DNA of 64,000 nt, from IMG/VR virus record IMGVR_UViG_3300045988_047309, positions 2,082-66,081 of that record; one strand, given 5' to 3'. The translations under genes and the position numbers were made by a program. Position 1 is the first letter of the stretch. Each line of letters opens with the position of its first letter. Below, in pieces: positions 55,510-62,547 of this stretch. The stretch comes from a virus. A model generated the notes under the pieces. It had not been told where the DNA came from and searched no databases. It was given only the letters and a program-made list of their open reading frames with translations.

Positions 55510-56427
55510 TTAATTAAGTTTGATTCTGATTGACGGTTTGGTTTCTACCTCCTTGAGATAATGCTCGTAGTGGTCTGGCTCTGTATCCTTGAAAAGTTTA
55601 GTGTCGAAAGTTTTCTTGGTGGTAGCTTCCACGTAAGAGTATGTACCGATATTGGTCTTGATAGACTTCTGCTTATTCCCTTCCATCAAGCACATCAGCT
55701 GCTCCTTGATAGAATCCTGACGAAGTTTCAGTGCATCTATTCGTGCCGTGAGAAGTCTGTACTCCTGCTCCAAGGCTGAGAACTGCTCGGGTACTTCCAC
55801 CTTGTAATGATAGTCTGCATCGTCTGTGAGATAAGCGTAGATTAAGTTCGTTATTGTCTCATCAGATACTCTTGGCAGTGGCTGGAACCTGCTCTTGCCA
55901 TCCTTGAACCACATGCAGACAATCTCCTTCACCTTTAGGTTGGGATTCATCTGCTCGAACCATTTGGCATAGATGGATAACTGGAGAGAAACGTTGTTAT
56001 AGTGCAGGGTGGAGGTGGTCTTGTAGTCAACAAGGTAGATATTTCCTTCGTTGTCAGCGAACACACCATCTATGGCCGATGCAAAATACTTGTTATCTGT
56101 GACAAGATACTCGCTATCCACATGATGCAGTCCGTAAGCATGCAGCATATCGCTGAAGTCACGTATCTCCTGTGTCGGATTCGGATATGCGCTTATGTCC
56201 GAATCAAAGATGGTACAGAATAGCTCAAAGGAGTTGTGAATCATTCCACCACGTTCGGCAGCCTTAGCCAACACACTGTCTGGTATGTCCTTATATGTAT
56301 CAGGAAAGGCAAACTTGATGAGCGTTCCAGTGATACCTGATAGCTGTTTCTTTCCAAGATGGTAGGTGTGGTTGATCTCATCGAACACCACCTTGCTTTT
56401 CTTTAGCTTTATTTCCTTTGTTTTCAT
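55510..56427 (-). CDS. PD-(D/E)xK recombination exonuclease (RecB/YqaJ-like)
   Basis: AIDGVF...IYLVDYKTT...QLSIYA (D, D/E-x-K and Q...Y motifs). ATGA-coupled to the ERF gene. Confidence 0.65.
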   Translation of the reverse strand: MKTKEIKLKKSKVVFDEINHTYHLGKKQLSGITGTLIKFAFPDTYKDIPDSVLAKAAERGGMIHNSFELFCTIFDSDISAYPNPTQEIRDFSDMLHAYGLHHVDSEYLVTDNKYFASAIDGVFADNEGNIYLVDYKTTSTLHYNNVSLQLSIYAKWFEQMNPNLKVKEIVCMWFKDGKSRFQPLPRVSDETITNLIYAYLTDDADYHYKVEVPEQFSALEQEYRLLTARIDALKLRQDSIKEQLMCLMEGNKQKSIKTNIGTYSYVEATTKKTFDTKLFKDTEPDHYEHYLKEVETKPSIRIKLN

Positions 56428-57032
56428 ATTCCTAATTCCTTTCTCTTAGCAGATAGCGTCTGCATGAATTGTGCGTTGCTCATCAACGGCTTGTAGGTCT
56501 GCATTACCCATACAAGGTTGTCCTTGTTCACGCAGCGTGATACCATCTGTATCGCCTCGTTGATGTCGTTAGGGTGATACTGAGGGTCTGAGGTTGCTGG
56601 TACGTTATTGCTGCTTTTTACTTTTTGCTGGCTTTGCTGGTCTTTCTGGTTTTCAATATTAGTTGTATCGGAATCTGCATTGTCATCAATAGCAAAAAGA
56701 CCATTCAGTGCATACTTTCGTGCATAAGAAGATGCAGCCCCAGTAATCTGGCTCCCATCCATTCCCTTCTTGGTTTCTTCCTCTCTTGCATAACCTGTCG
56801 TTATTTCTATTTCGCCTTTGCTGTTTTTGAGAGTAGCGGTTGCCTTTACATATATGCGATTGCCAACCATTTCTATATCGTCTGTCATAACCAGTGTGCA
56901 ACCAAGATTGGACATTATCGGCTTAACCGCTTCTAATATATCCTCAACCTTGCGGTACTTGTAGTTGCCAAAAGCATTGAATTGAGATTTCGGTGCTTTA
57001 AGCGTTGACTGAATTGTTATAAGTTCTTTCAT
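56424..57032 (-). CDS. erf: ERF-family single-strand annealing protein
   Basis: FGNYKYRKVEDILEAVKPIMSNLG...GSQITGAASSYARKYALNGLFAID is typical of ERF. Confidence 0.8.
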   Translation of the reverse strand: MKELITIQSTLKAPKSQFNAFGNYKYRKVEDILEAVKPIMSNLGCTLVMTDDIEMVGNRIYVKATATLKNSKGEIEITTGYAREEETKKGMDGSQITGAASSYARKYALNGLFAIDDNADSDTTNIENQKDQQSQQKVKSSNNVPATSDPQYHPNDINEAIQMVSRCVNKDNLVWVMQTYKPLMSNAQFMQTLSAKRKELGI

Positions 57033-57043
57033 ACCTTATTATA

Positions 57044-57385
57044 TTAGTTAGTTACACAGATGTCGCAGTCACACGTCCATCCATTGCACTCCTTGATGAG
57101 CTTCTTGATTCGCTTGTTGTTTGGGTCTGATTCCAACTCACCTTGCAGTCTTTTTTTCAACTCTTTGATGAGGTCTAAAGGTGTCATGTAGTCTTCAATG
57201 AGGTCTTGCTTGATGCCTTCCTCATCATCGGAAGAAGAGGTAACCGTAAACGACTTGTCGAGCGTGAATGATGCCGTAACATCGTAGTCCTGATACTCAG
57301 GATATTCAGGCTGATTGTAAGGTGCGAATGGGTCGTTTGCTGCGCCTGGTGGATAATTTCCACTTGTTGAATTGTTCATAAGCAT
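57044..57385 (-). CDS. hypothetical acidic protein with C-terminal Cys cluster
   Basis: 113 aa, ending ...KECNGWTCDCDICVTN. Confidence 0.5.
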   Translation of the reverse strand: MLMNNSTSGNYPPGAANDPFAPYNQPEYPEYQDYDVTASFTLDKSFTVTSSSDDEEGIKQDLIEDYMTPLDLIKELKKRLQGELESDPNNKRIKKLIKECNGWTCDCDICVTN

Positions 57386-57518
57386 AATATTTTAATTGTT
57401 TGGCTTTCAAAATAAACCCCACGATTCTCACGAATGGTGGGGGAAAATTTTAAATATTTATAAGTTGAGCGGTCGCTACCGCAAAAATGTAAATGTATAG
57501 AAATATGATATATCAGCG

Positions 57519-57563
57519 AAAAAGGGAGCATGTTCCCAGGCTTTTAATTCCATTCATGCTCCC
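57519..57563 (-). terminator. rho-independent terminator closing the tRNA/ncRNA transcript
   Basis: Minus strand: GGGAGCAUG-(22 nt)-CAUGCUCCC followed by U5. Confidence 0.65.
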
Positions 57564-57917
57564 AAAGACACAAGTCGGGCCACGCTTTCGCCTAAGGACA
57601 TGTGTCTTTAAGTTCCCTTCTGCATTCCATTGGAGGCTTAGGACTCCCAGTGCTATGTTTCGTACTGGCTGCATTAGAACTTTATTGTAGTTGTGCGCTC
57701 CTGCCATTGTGCTACCTCTTACAAGGGTCTCGGCATCAGGCCTGCTTCTTCACAAGTGAACTCCAAGACGTTCCCAATTCCACCTGTTGCGGTGTAGGTA
57801 ATAGTCCTGCCACTTCCTCGTCTAATCGTATGTTGTGGTTGCATACGCTGCTTTTGACTACGAGTACCTCTCAAGGAAGGTTTATCCTATCCGAAACAAT
57901 GCCTCGGTATCGGGCTT
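57519..57917 (-). ncRNA. candidate ~400-nt structured non-coding RNA immediately 3' of the tRNA
   Basis: No credible ORF. GC-enriched relative to its flanks. Several helices are visible (AAAGACACA/UGUGUCUUU 9 bp, CGUAUG/CAUACG, CACC/GGUG, GCGAAAGC GNRA hairpin), and it ends in a terminator. Confidence 0.4.
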
Positions 57918-57996
57918 TGGGACGCAAGGTGGGACTCGAACCCACGACCTCGAAGGATAGGGAACCTTCTGTTCTACCAACTGAACTACTTGCGTC
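57918..57996 (-). tRNA. tRNA gene with 8-nt anticodon loop (UUCCCUAU); anticodon ambiguous (CCU/CCC/quadruplet CCCU)
   Basis: Hand-folded cloverleaf: acceptor ACGCAAG/CUUGCGU, U8 A9, D arm GUUC-AGUUGGUA-GAAC, anticodon stem GAAGG/CCUUC, T arm GUGGG-UUCGAGU-CCCAC, C73, encoded CCA. G at -1 can pair with C73. Confidence 0.7.
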
Positions 57997-58237
57997 AAAG
58001 AACAACTACAAAACAATACAGGATATTGTGGTGGGTGGAAGTAGTGAGCTTCAAAAAACCTCCACGGATATGACTGATTAATAACGAACTTGATATATTC
58101 CTATGAACTTTTGAGGTTCACCCACCTTGTTGTTACTTACCCCATTCTTTGAAGGAGCTGTATATCTCGTTGATCAATACGCAAAGCGTTGCGATTGATA
58201 ATATTAACATGATTGTCGAAAACATATTCTAATTTTA

Positions 58238-58552
58238 TTAATGTGTTGAACAATAGGCTGCTGCCTCTGATTCTATCTCTGTCATGCTCTTGGAGCGGTT
58301 CTGCATCATCCAGTCCTCTAACTCGCTCTTCTTGAAGTAGAGTCGATTGACGTTCGGCTTGTAGCAAGGTAGGATATGATTTCTTACGTTCATTCTGACT
58401 CCTTCTACAGTCATGCCGAGTATAAATGCAGCTTCCTTGATGTTGAGCATTGACTTAGCTGCTATCATCGAATACTGCTCGATGCGGTCTAACTGCTCTT
58501 TAATCTGTGGGTCTATCATATCAGTTGAATTTGATGGTTTACTGACAGGCAC
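58238..58552 (-). CDS. excisionase-family HTH DNA-binding protein
   Basis: LNIKEAAFILGMTVEGVRMNVRNHILPCYKPNVNRLYFKKSELEDWM fits the HTH_17/Xis-like pattern. Confidence 0.55.
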   Translation of the reverse strand: MPVSKPSNSTDMIDPQIKEQLDRIEQYSMIAAKSMLNIKEAAFILGMTVEGVRMNVRNHILPCYKPNVNRLYFKKSELEDWMMQNRSKSMTEIESEAAAYCSTH

Positions 58553-59381
58553 CAGTTGTCTTTGACGACTCTGTTCTACCAGTGCCCTTAACTCTGGGAG
58601 TGCATTCCTGCTCTATTAAGGGGAGAATGCCCTTCGCTTTGAGTGCATCATAAAGGAAGATTCTTCCCTTGGTCGTACACTCGGTGTTATACTTCACATC
58701 ATGTCTTCCGTCTGAACGGATGATGTCAACTGCTCTGCTATGAACGTAGCCGCCAGTAAGGAACTGTCCGTACAATATCCACTGACCTCGAACCTTATGC
58801 TGGATTCTCATAGATTCCAACTCTTTGTTCATTCTCACCGCACTCATTCCGTAGTCCTGCGCTATCTGAGTGATGGTCATGGTGGCATTGCTTTGCAGGA
58901 TTTGGTCGTAGTAGCTTACCTTAGGAAGCATTTCTGTAATCTTGTTCCCAAGTTCCATGTTCTCCTTGCTGATAGTGAGGATGGTTGCTTGCTGCTGCTT
59001 GTTCTCCAAGGCTAACTGCTGCTTCTCTTCTTCTGCCTTGACCAGAGATTTGAGAGCTTCGAGATAGTTTTGAGGGACGGATGGCTTTTGATGTTGCTCC
59101 TCCAGTTCCTTCCATCGTTTAATCAACTTGGCTCTCGCTTCATCGTTGAACTTGGTGGCGATGTAGAGACACTCTTCCTTGTTGAGGGAGTAGCAAGGTC
59201 TATCTTGATTGTTTTCATCTTTGTAAGACCCGAGGGAAAATTTGCCCTCGGCTACTTTTTCCCAAGCTGGCTCCATCTTTCGGATGGATTTCATCACATC
59301 AGCATGACGCTTGCCAGTAATCTCTGCAATCTGTAGTGATGTCATTCGCTCACCATCTACAATAGTTGAAATTTCATTCAT
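58539..59381 (-). CDS. Rha-family regulator fused to KilAC/antirepressor-type C-terminal domain
   Basis: N-terminus: MTSLQIAEITGKRHADVMKSIRKM...CYSLNKEECLYIATKFNDEARAKLIKRW (Phage_pRha pattern). C-terminus: ITQIAQDYGMSAVRMNKEL.... Confidence 0.7.
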   Translation of the reverse strand: MNEISTIVDGERMTSLQIAEITGKRHADVMKSIRKMEPAWEKVAEGKFSLGSYKDENNQDRPCYSLNKEECLYIATKFNDEARAKLIKRWKELEEQHQKPSVPQNYLEALKSLVKAEEEKQQLALENKQQQATILTISKENMELGNKITEMLPKVSYYDQILQSNATMTITQIAQDYGMSAVRMNKELESMRIQHKVRGQWILYGQFLTGGYVHSRAVDIIRSDGRHDVKYNTECTTKGRIFLYDALKAKGILPLIEQECTPRVKGTGRTESSKTTGACQ

Positions 59382-59491
59382 AGGGTTCCTCCGTTTTTAA
59401 AATCGGGCGGTAGTGTATGAAACAGAAAGTGACAAATTTTCATTTTATACATTATTATATCTACCGTTGCCCGATTGTAGTTTTTATTTTG

Positions 59492-59499
59492 TACCTTTG
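59492..59499 (+). promoter_or_regulatory. Bacteroidota -7 promoter box (TACCTTTG)
   Basis: 40 nt upstream of the ATG at 59539. Confidence 0.45.
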
Positions 59500-59538
59500 C
59501 GGTTGACAAATTTTTATTTTAACTTAATTCAATTTCGT

Positions 59539-59742
59539 ATGAAACAGCAAAAAGTAATTATGTTCACCTATCAGACAGATAACTTGGATGAGTTGAACGA
59601 AAAGATTAATTCTCGTATTGACAAACTAAATGCTAACGAATGGAGAGTTGTAAGTATCTCTTCTTGTAATAGCACTATCGTTTCTAATGGTATGACACCA
59701 TTGAACCAAGTTACAGTCTTTCTACTTGTGGAAGAATCTTAA
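59539..59742 (+). CDS. 67-aa protein, oppositely oriented to early genes (moron candidate)
   Basis: Starts MKQQKVIMF after its own promoter box. The long 5' extension in the ORF track (from 59413) runs through the promoter. Confidence 0.5.
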   Translation: MKQQKVIMFTYQTDNLDELNEKINSRIDKLNANEWRVVSISSCNSTIVSNGMTPLNQVTVFLLVEES

Positions 59743-59979
59743 TAATGTTTCTGCATCTTTTACAGAATATGCTACGTTTATGACTCCGTATTGATTCTTT
59801 GTTATCCATCCATATTCGTTTTCTCGGGATGAACAGATACAGAAGATTCTAAGATTCCATTCCCATATTGGCGACCTGTATATCCATTGAAATATTTCTT
59901 CAAAATCTACATGGTTGCCAATATTCTGATACAACTGATGCCTCAGCCATGTTCTGAATAATCTCTTAATCATATTCAC
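59722..59979 (-). CDS. hypothetical W-rich early protein
   Basis: 85 aa, with GAAGGAGG upstream of the ATG. Downstream of the cro-like gene. Confidence 0.5.
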   Translation of the reverse strand: MNMIKRLFRTWLRHQLYQNIGNHVDFEEIFQWIYRSPIWEWNLRIFCICSSRENEYGWITKNQYGVINVAYSVKDAETLLRFFHK

Positions 59980-59988
59980 CTCCTTCTT

Positions 59989-60186
59989 TTAGTAGAAGAG
60001 TACCTTATCGACTACGACTCCTCCGAACTCCTTCAAGGCATCCTGTCTGATGTATTCGGATTGCTTGCTCTGACTTCTAAACCCTAAAGCGTTGTAAATG
60101 GTCTCTCTACTGCAACCATACCGCTCGGCAAGTTTTTTCCGTCCTTCACGCGAAACTTTGATAATTTTTATCTTTTTTGCTTGCAT
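59989..60186 (-). CDS. Cro-like small HTH regulator
   Basis: 65 aa, with KKLAERYGCSRETIYNALGF (HTH). Divergent from the CI-like gene. Confidence 0.6.
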   Translation of the reverse strand: MQAKKIKIIKVSREGRKKLAERYGCSRETIYNALGFRSQSKQSEYIRQDALKEFGGVVVDKVLFY

Positions 60187-60245
60187 AACTTAATTTTTTG
60201 TTGTATTTTTGCTTTTAATAATTAAGCACTAATTGATTACGAGTG

Positions 60246-60253
60246 CAAAGGTA
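60246..60253 (-). promoter_or_regulatory. Bacteroidota -7 promoter box (TACCTTTG, minus strand) of early operon
   Basis: The + strand reads CAAAGGTA, 60 nt upstream of the ATG at 60186. Confidence 0.5.
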
Positions 60254-60261
60254 TATAATAT

Positions 60262-60277
60262 CTTGCAAAAATGCAAG
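60262..60277. promoter_or_regulatory. operator-like inverted repeat CTTGCA-AAAA-TGCAAG (copy 1, switch region)
   Basis: 6-bp arms with a 4-nt spacer, between the divergent cro-like and cI-like genes. An identical 16-mer lies at 60575-60590. Confidence 0.55.
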
Positions 60278-60340
60278 ACTTTTGTCGAAAAAGTTGCGCA
60301 AATTTGCAATATTTAATTATGGTATAAAAATGTAAAATGT

Positions 60341-60724
60341 ATGGAAGTATCTGTAATTGAACGTATTAACGTTGTTTTAAAGCATTTTTGTAAAACTCCA
60401 AATGGCCTTGCAAATATGCTTGAAATGATTCCGAGTACGGTTAATAGACAATTAAAAGGAGACCAAGCTTTGTCATCTAAGGTGATAGAGGGAGTCCTTT
60501 CTGTCTTTCATGACGTTTCTGCCGAATGGTTATTGCGTGGAAAAGGCGAAATGCTTATTAGTGAACAAATGACTCTTGCAAAAATGCAAGATACTAAAGG
60601 AAGAGAATCTGATGTAGTAGAACATGATTCTGTCTGGAAGGCGAAGTACGAAGCTATTAAGGATTGCTACGATATGTTGGTGTCTAATCTTGGCGGTGTT
60701 ATGGGTAAGAGAAGTGTAGGATAA
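60341..60724 (+). CDS. CI-type phage repressor (HTH)
   Basis: NGLANMLEMIPSTVNRQLKG...VSAEWLLRGKGEM is characteristic of Bacteroidota phage CI-repressor HTH proteins. Confidence 0.7.
   Translation: MEVSVIERINVVLKHFCKTPNGLANMLEMIPSTVNRQLKGDQALSSKVIEGVLSVFHDVSAEWLLRGKGEMLISEQMTLAKMQDTKGRESDVVEHDSVWKAKYEAIKDCYDMLVSNLGGVMGKRSVG
60575..60590. promoter_or_regulatory. operator-like inverted repeat, copy 2 (inside repressor gene)
   Basis: Exact 16/16 repeat of 60262-60277, 313 bp away. A degenerate third copy, CTTGCAAATATGCTTG, lies at 60407-60422. Confidence 0.45.
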
Positions 60725-60740
60725 TTAATGTGTGGTAGGT

Positions 60741-61922
60741 ATGAAAAGAGTAATGTTTGTTTTGTCTTTTATGTTAATTAGATTATGTGTTTTTTCACAA
60801 ACAGTTATAGAAATGACAAAAGATGGTGGTGTTTTTACGGTTCCGTGTACAGTTAATGGCTATAAAGTTAGTATGATATTTGACACAGGAGCATCCGATG
60901 TTAGTCTGTCTTCTAAGGTTGCGTCTTATATGTTCCGTAATGGATTGTTGCGTGAAACAGACGTTATTGGCGAGGGGTCTTCTACTATTGCGTCTGGTGA
61001 AAGTATAGACCATATTGTTGTTAAAATAAAAAGATTAGAGATAGGTGGTATTAAAATTGATGATGTCGAGGCTGTTATATTGGATAGTCAAAGAGCACCT
61101 TTATTGTTAGGTTTGTCTGCAATTCAGAAAATTGGTAAGGTTGGTATAGATGGGAACAAGCTTATTATAAATAAATCAACGGCAAATTATAGCCCTGAGT
61201 ATATAGATAAAGTATATGAAGGTTTAGAATCTAATTTTTCTTCTGGAAGTTATAGTATGATTATTCATCAAATGGAAGATTTTAAATATAAAAACCTTTT
61301 AACGGATAAAGGCTACAGATACTTAGCAAGATGTTATCTTAGTACACATAAAGATAGAGAGTGTATTGATGTATGTAACGAATGGATTGATGACCCTTAT
61401 ATATATTTGTCAGACGATTCTTATTTCTATTCATATTATTATCGAATGATAGCCTATGATGGTTTAAAGGATAGAGATAACACGATATTATATTCGGAAA
61501 AACTGATAGATTGTATTGAGCACAAGGGACAATACTTATCTCTTTCCTCTAATTTGTTGAATGAACTTTTGGGAGATGCATATTATATGCAAGGCTTTGC
61601 ATATTACGACAAAAATGCGTACACGTTAGCAAATTCTTGTTTCGAGAAAAGTTTGTCTGTATTACAAGATAGATATGGCTTATCCAAAATAGATGTACTT
61701 GATGGAAAAGGTCGAGTTAACGATACAATAGGAAGTTGTTTTCTTATGATGGCAACTATTTCTCAGAAACGAGGTGATTATAATGGGTATATTTGTAGTT
61801 TGGTTTTTGGCGCAATGTCTGGCAATGATGTAACCATAAATCATTGCCGTTTAAATAACATTGATTATATAACAAAATCAAAAATCTTAAAAAATCAAAT
61901 ACAAAGTTTGGGGATAAAATAA
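60741..61922 (+). CDS. secreted retropepsin-like aspartic protease fused to TPR-like helical repeats
   Basis: Signal peptide MKRVMFVLSFMLIRLCVFSQ. VNGYKVSMIFDTGASDVSLS (D-T/S-G-A) ...APLLLGLSAIQKIG. The C-terminal ~240 aa are Y/L-rich helical repeats. Confidence 0.65.
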   Translation: MKRVMFVLSFMLIRLCVFSQTVIEMTKDGGVFTVPCTVNGYKVSMIFDTGASDVSLSSKVASYMFRNGLLRETDVIGEGSSTIASGESIDHIVVKIKRLEIGGIKIDDVEAVILDSQRAPLLLGLSAIQKIGKVGIDGNKLIINKSTANYSPEYIDKVYEGLESNFSSGSYSMIIHQMEDFKYKNLLTDKGYRYLARCYLSTHKDRECIDVCNEWIDDPYIYLSDDSYFYSYYYRMIAYDGLKDRDNTILYSEKLIDCIEHKGQYLSLSSNLLNELLGDAYYMQGFAYYDKNAYTLANSCFEKSLSVLQDRYGLSKIDVLDGKGRVNDTIGSCFLMMATISQKRGDYNGYICSLVFGAMSGNDVTINHCRLNNIDYITKSKILKNQIQSLGIK

Positions 61923-62353
61923 TGGCTGAGATAACAAATGAACAGAAGCTTTACGTGCTGCTGGATAGCATCCGAGACAAGTCTGAGTATGAGCAGGAGA
62001 TATGGAGTATCATTTATGATAACGTATCTCCTGATGGTGCTTGGAAAGAGGGTGTTGCAGAACTATTGGTGAAGAGCGAATACCTCAACCGAGGGTATGC
62101 CTATAGTAACCAAGAATCCAGGGTGGTGTATAGTGTTACCAAGCAGGGCAGGAGCCAGATACCAATCCTTTGGAATGGCAGTATGTTAAAAAAGGAGCAT
62201 GAGGAGGAAGTGAAGGCTCTAAAGAAGGAGTCTTCATTTGAAGTGCGTCACAAGAAAATTAATAAGTTCTTGTGGATATTATTAACAGCGATAGTTTCAA
62301 GTTTAGTAACAATCATTGTTTCTAAGCTGCTATCACTACTTTGTAAAAAATAG
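61922..62353 (+). CDS. small protein with soluble N-domain and C-terminal TM anchor
   Basis: TAATG overlap with the protease gene. C-terminus FLWILLTAIVSSLVTIIVSKLLSLL. Confidence 0.55.
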   Translation: MAEITNEQKLYVLLDSIRDKSEYEQEIWSIIYDNVSPDGAWKEGVAELLVKSEYLNRGYAYSNQESRVVYSVTKQGRSQIPILWNGSMLKKEHEEEVKALKKESSFEVRHKKINKFLWILLTAIVSSLVTIIVSKLLSLLCKK

Positions 62354-62515
62354 CACATATCATGTAAACCATGATACCCTCTATAGTCCATATCGCCCTT
62401 TCGGCAAACTTTTCTAATTTATCTGGTTTCATAAGCAAAAATATTATTTCACAGAGGCAAAGTTACGGTTTCCTCCTGAGAATCAGATGCAAATTACATA
62501 GTTTAACACAATAAA

Positions 62516-62547
62516 GGCATCGGGAATGAATCTCGGTGCCTTTTCTT
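62516..62547. terminator. bidirectional terminator
   Basis: GGCATCGGGA/TCTCGGTGCC 10-bp stem (2 G-U pairs), with T-runs on both strands. Between convergent genes. Confidence 0.7.

Noticed and set aside
57602-58081. 159-aa + strand ORF across the non-coding block
   Set aside because: It runs antisense through the tRNA gene (the ...VGLEPTTS... stretch is the usual translation of a tRNA T-arm). It has no start context and a Cys/Leu-rich nonsense composition.
57386-58237. tmRNA, or an attP tRNA fragment, as the explanation for the tRNA block
   Set aside because: The tRNA is a complete cloverleaf with no G3:U70, and no tag-like reading frame ending in ..LAA is visible, so it does not look like tmRNA. 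It lies 4.5 kb from int with phage genes on both sides, so it is not an attachment-site remnant.
59413-59538. 5' extensions of several track ORFs (59413, 36317, 38532, 30351, 30278, 25883, 22145, 54704, 46953 starts)
   Set aside because: The extensions run through promoter boxes or overlap the upstream gene. Internal Mets placed 1-4 nt from the upstream stop, or just after a TAnnTTTG box, are more plausible starts.
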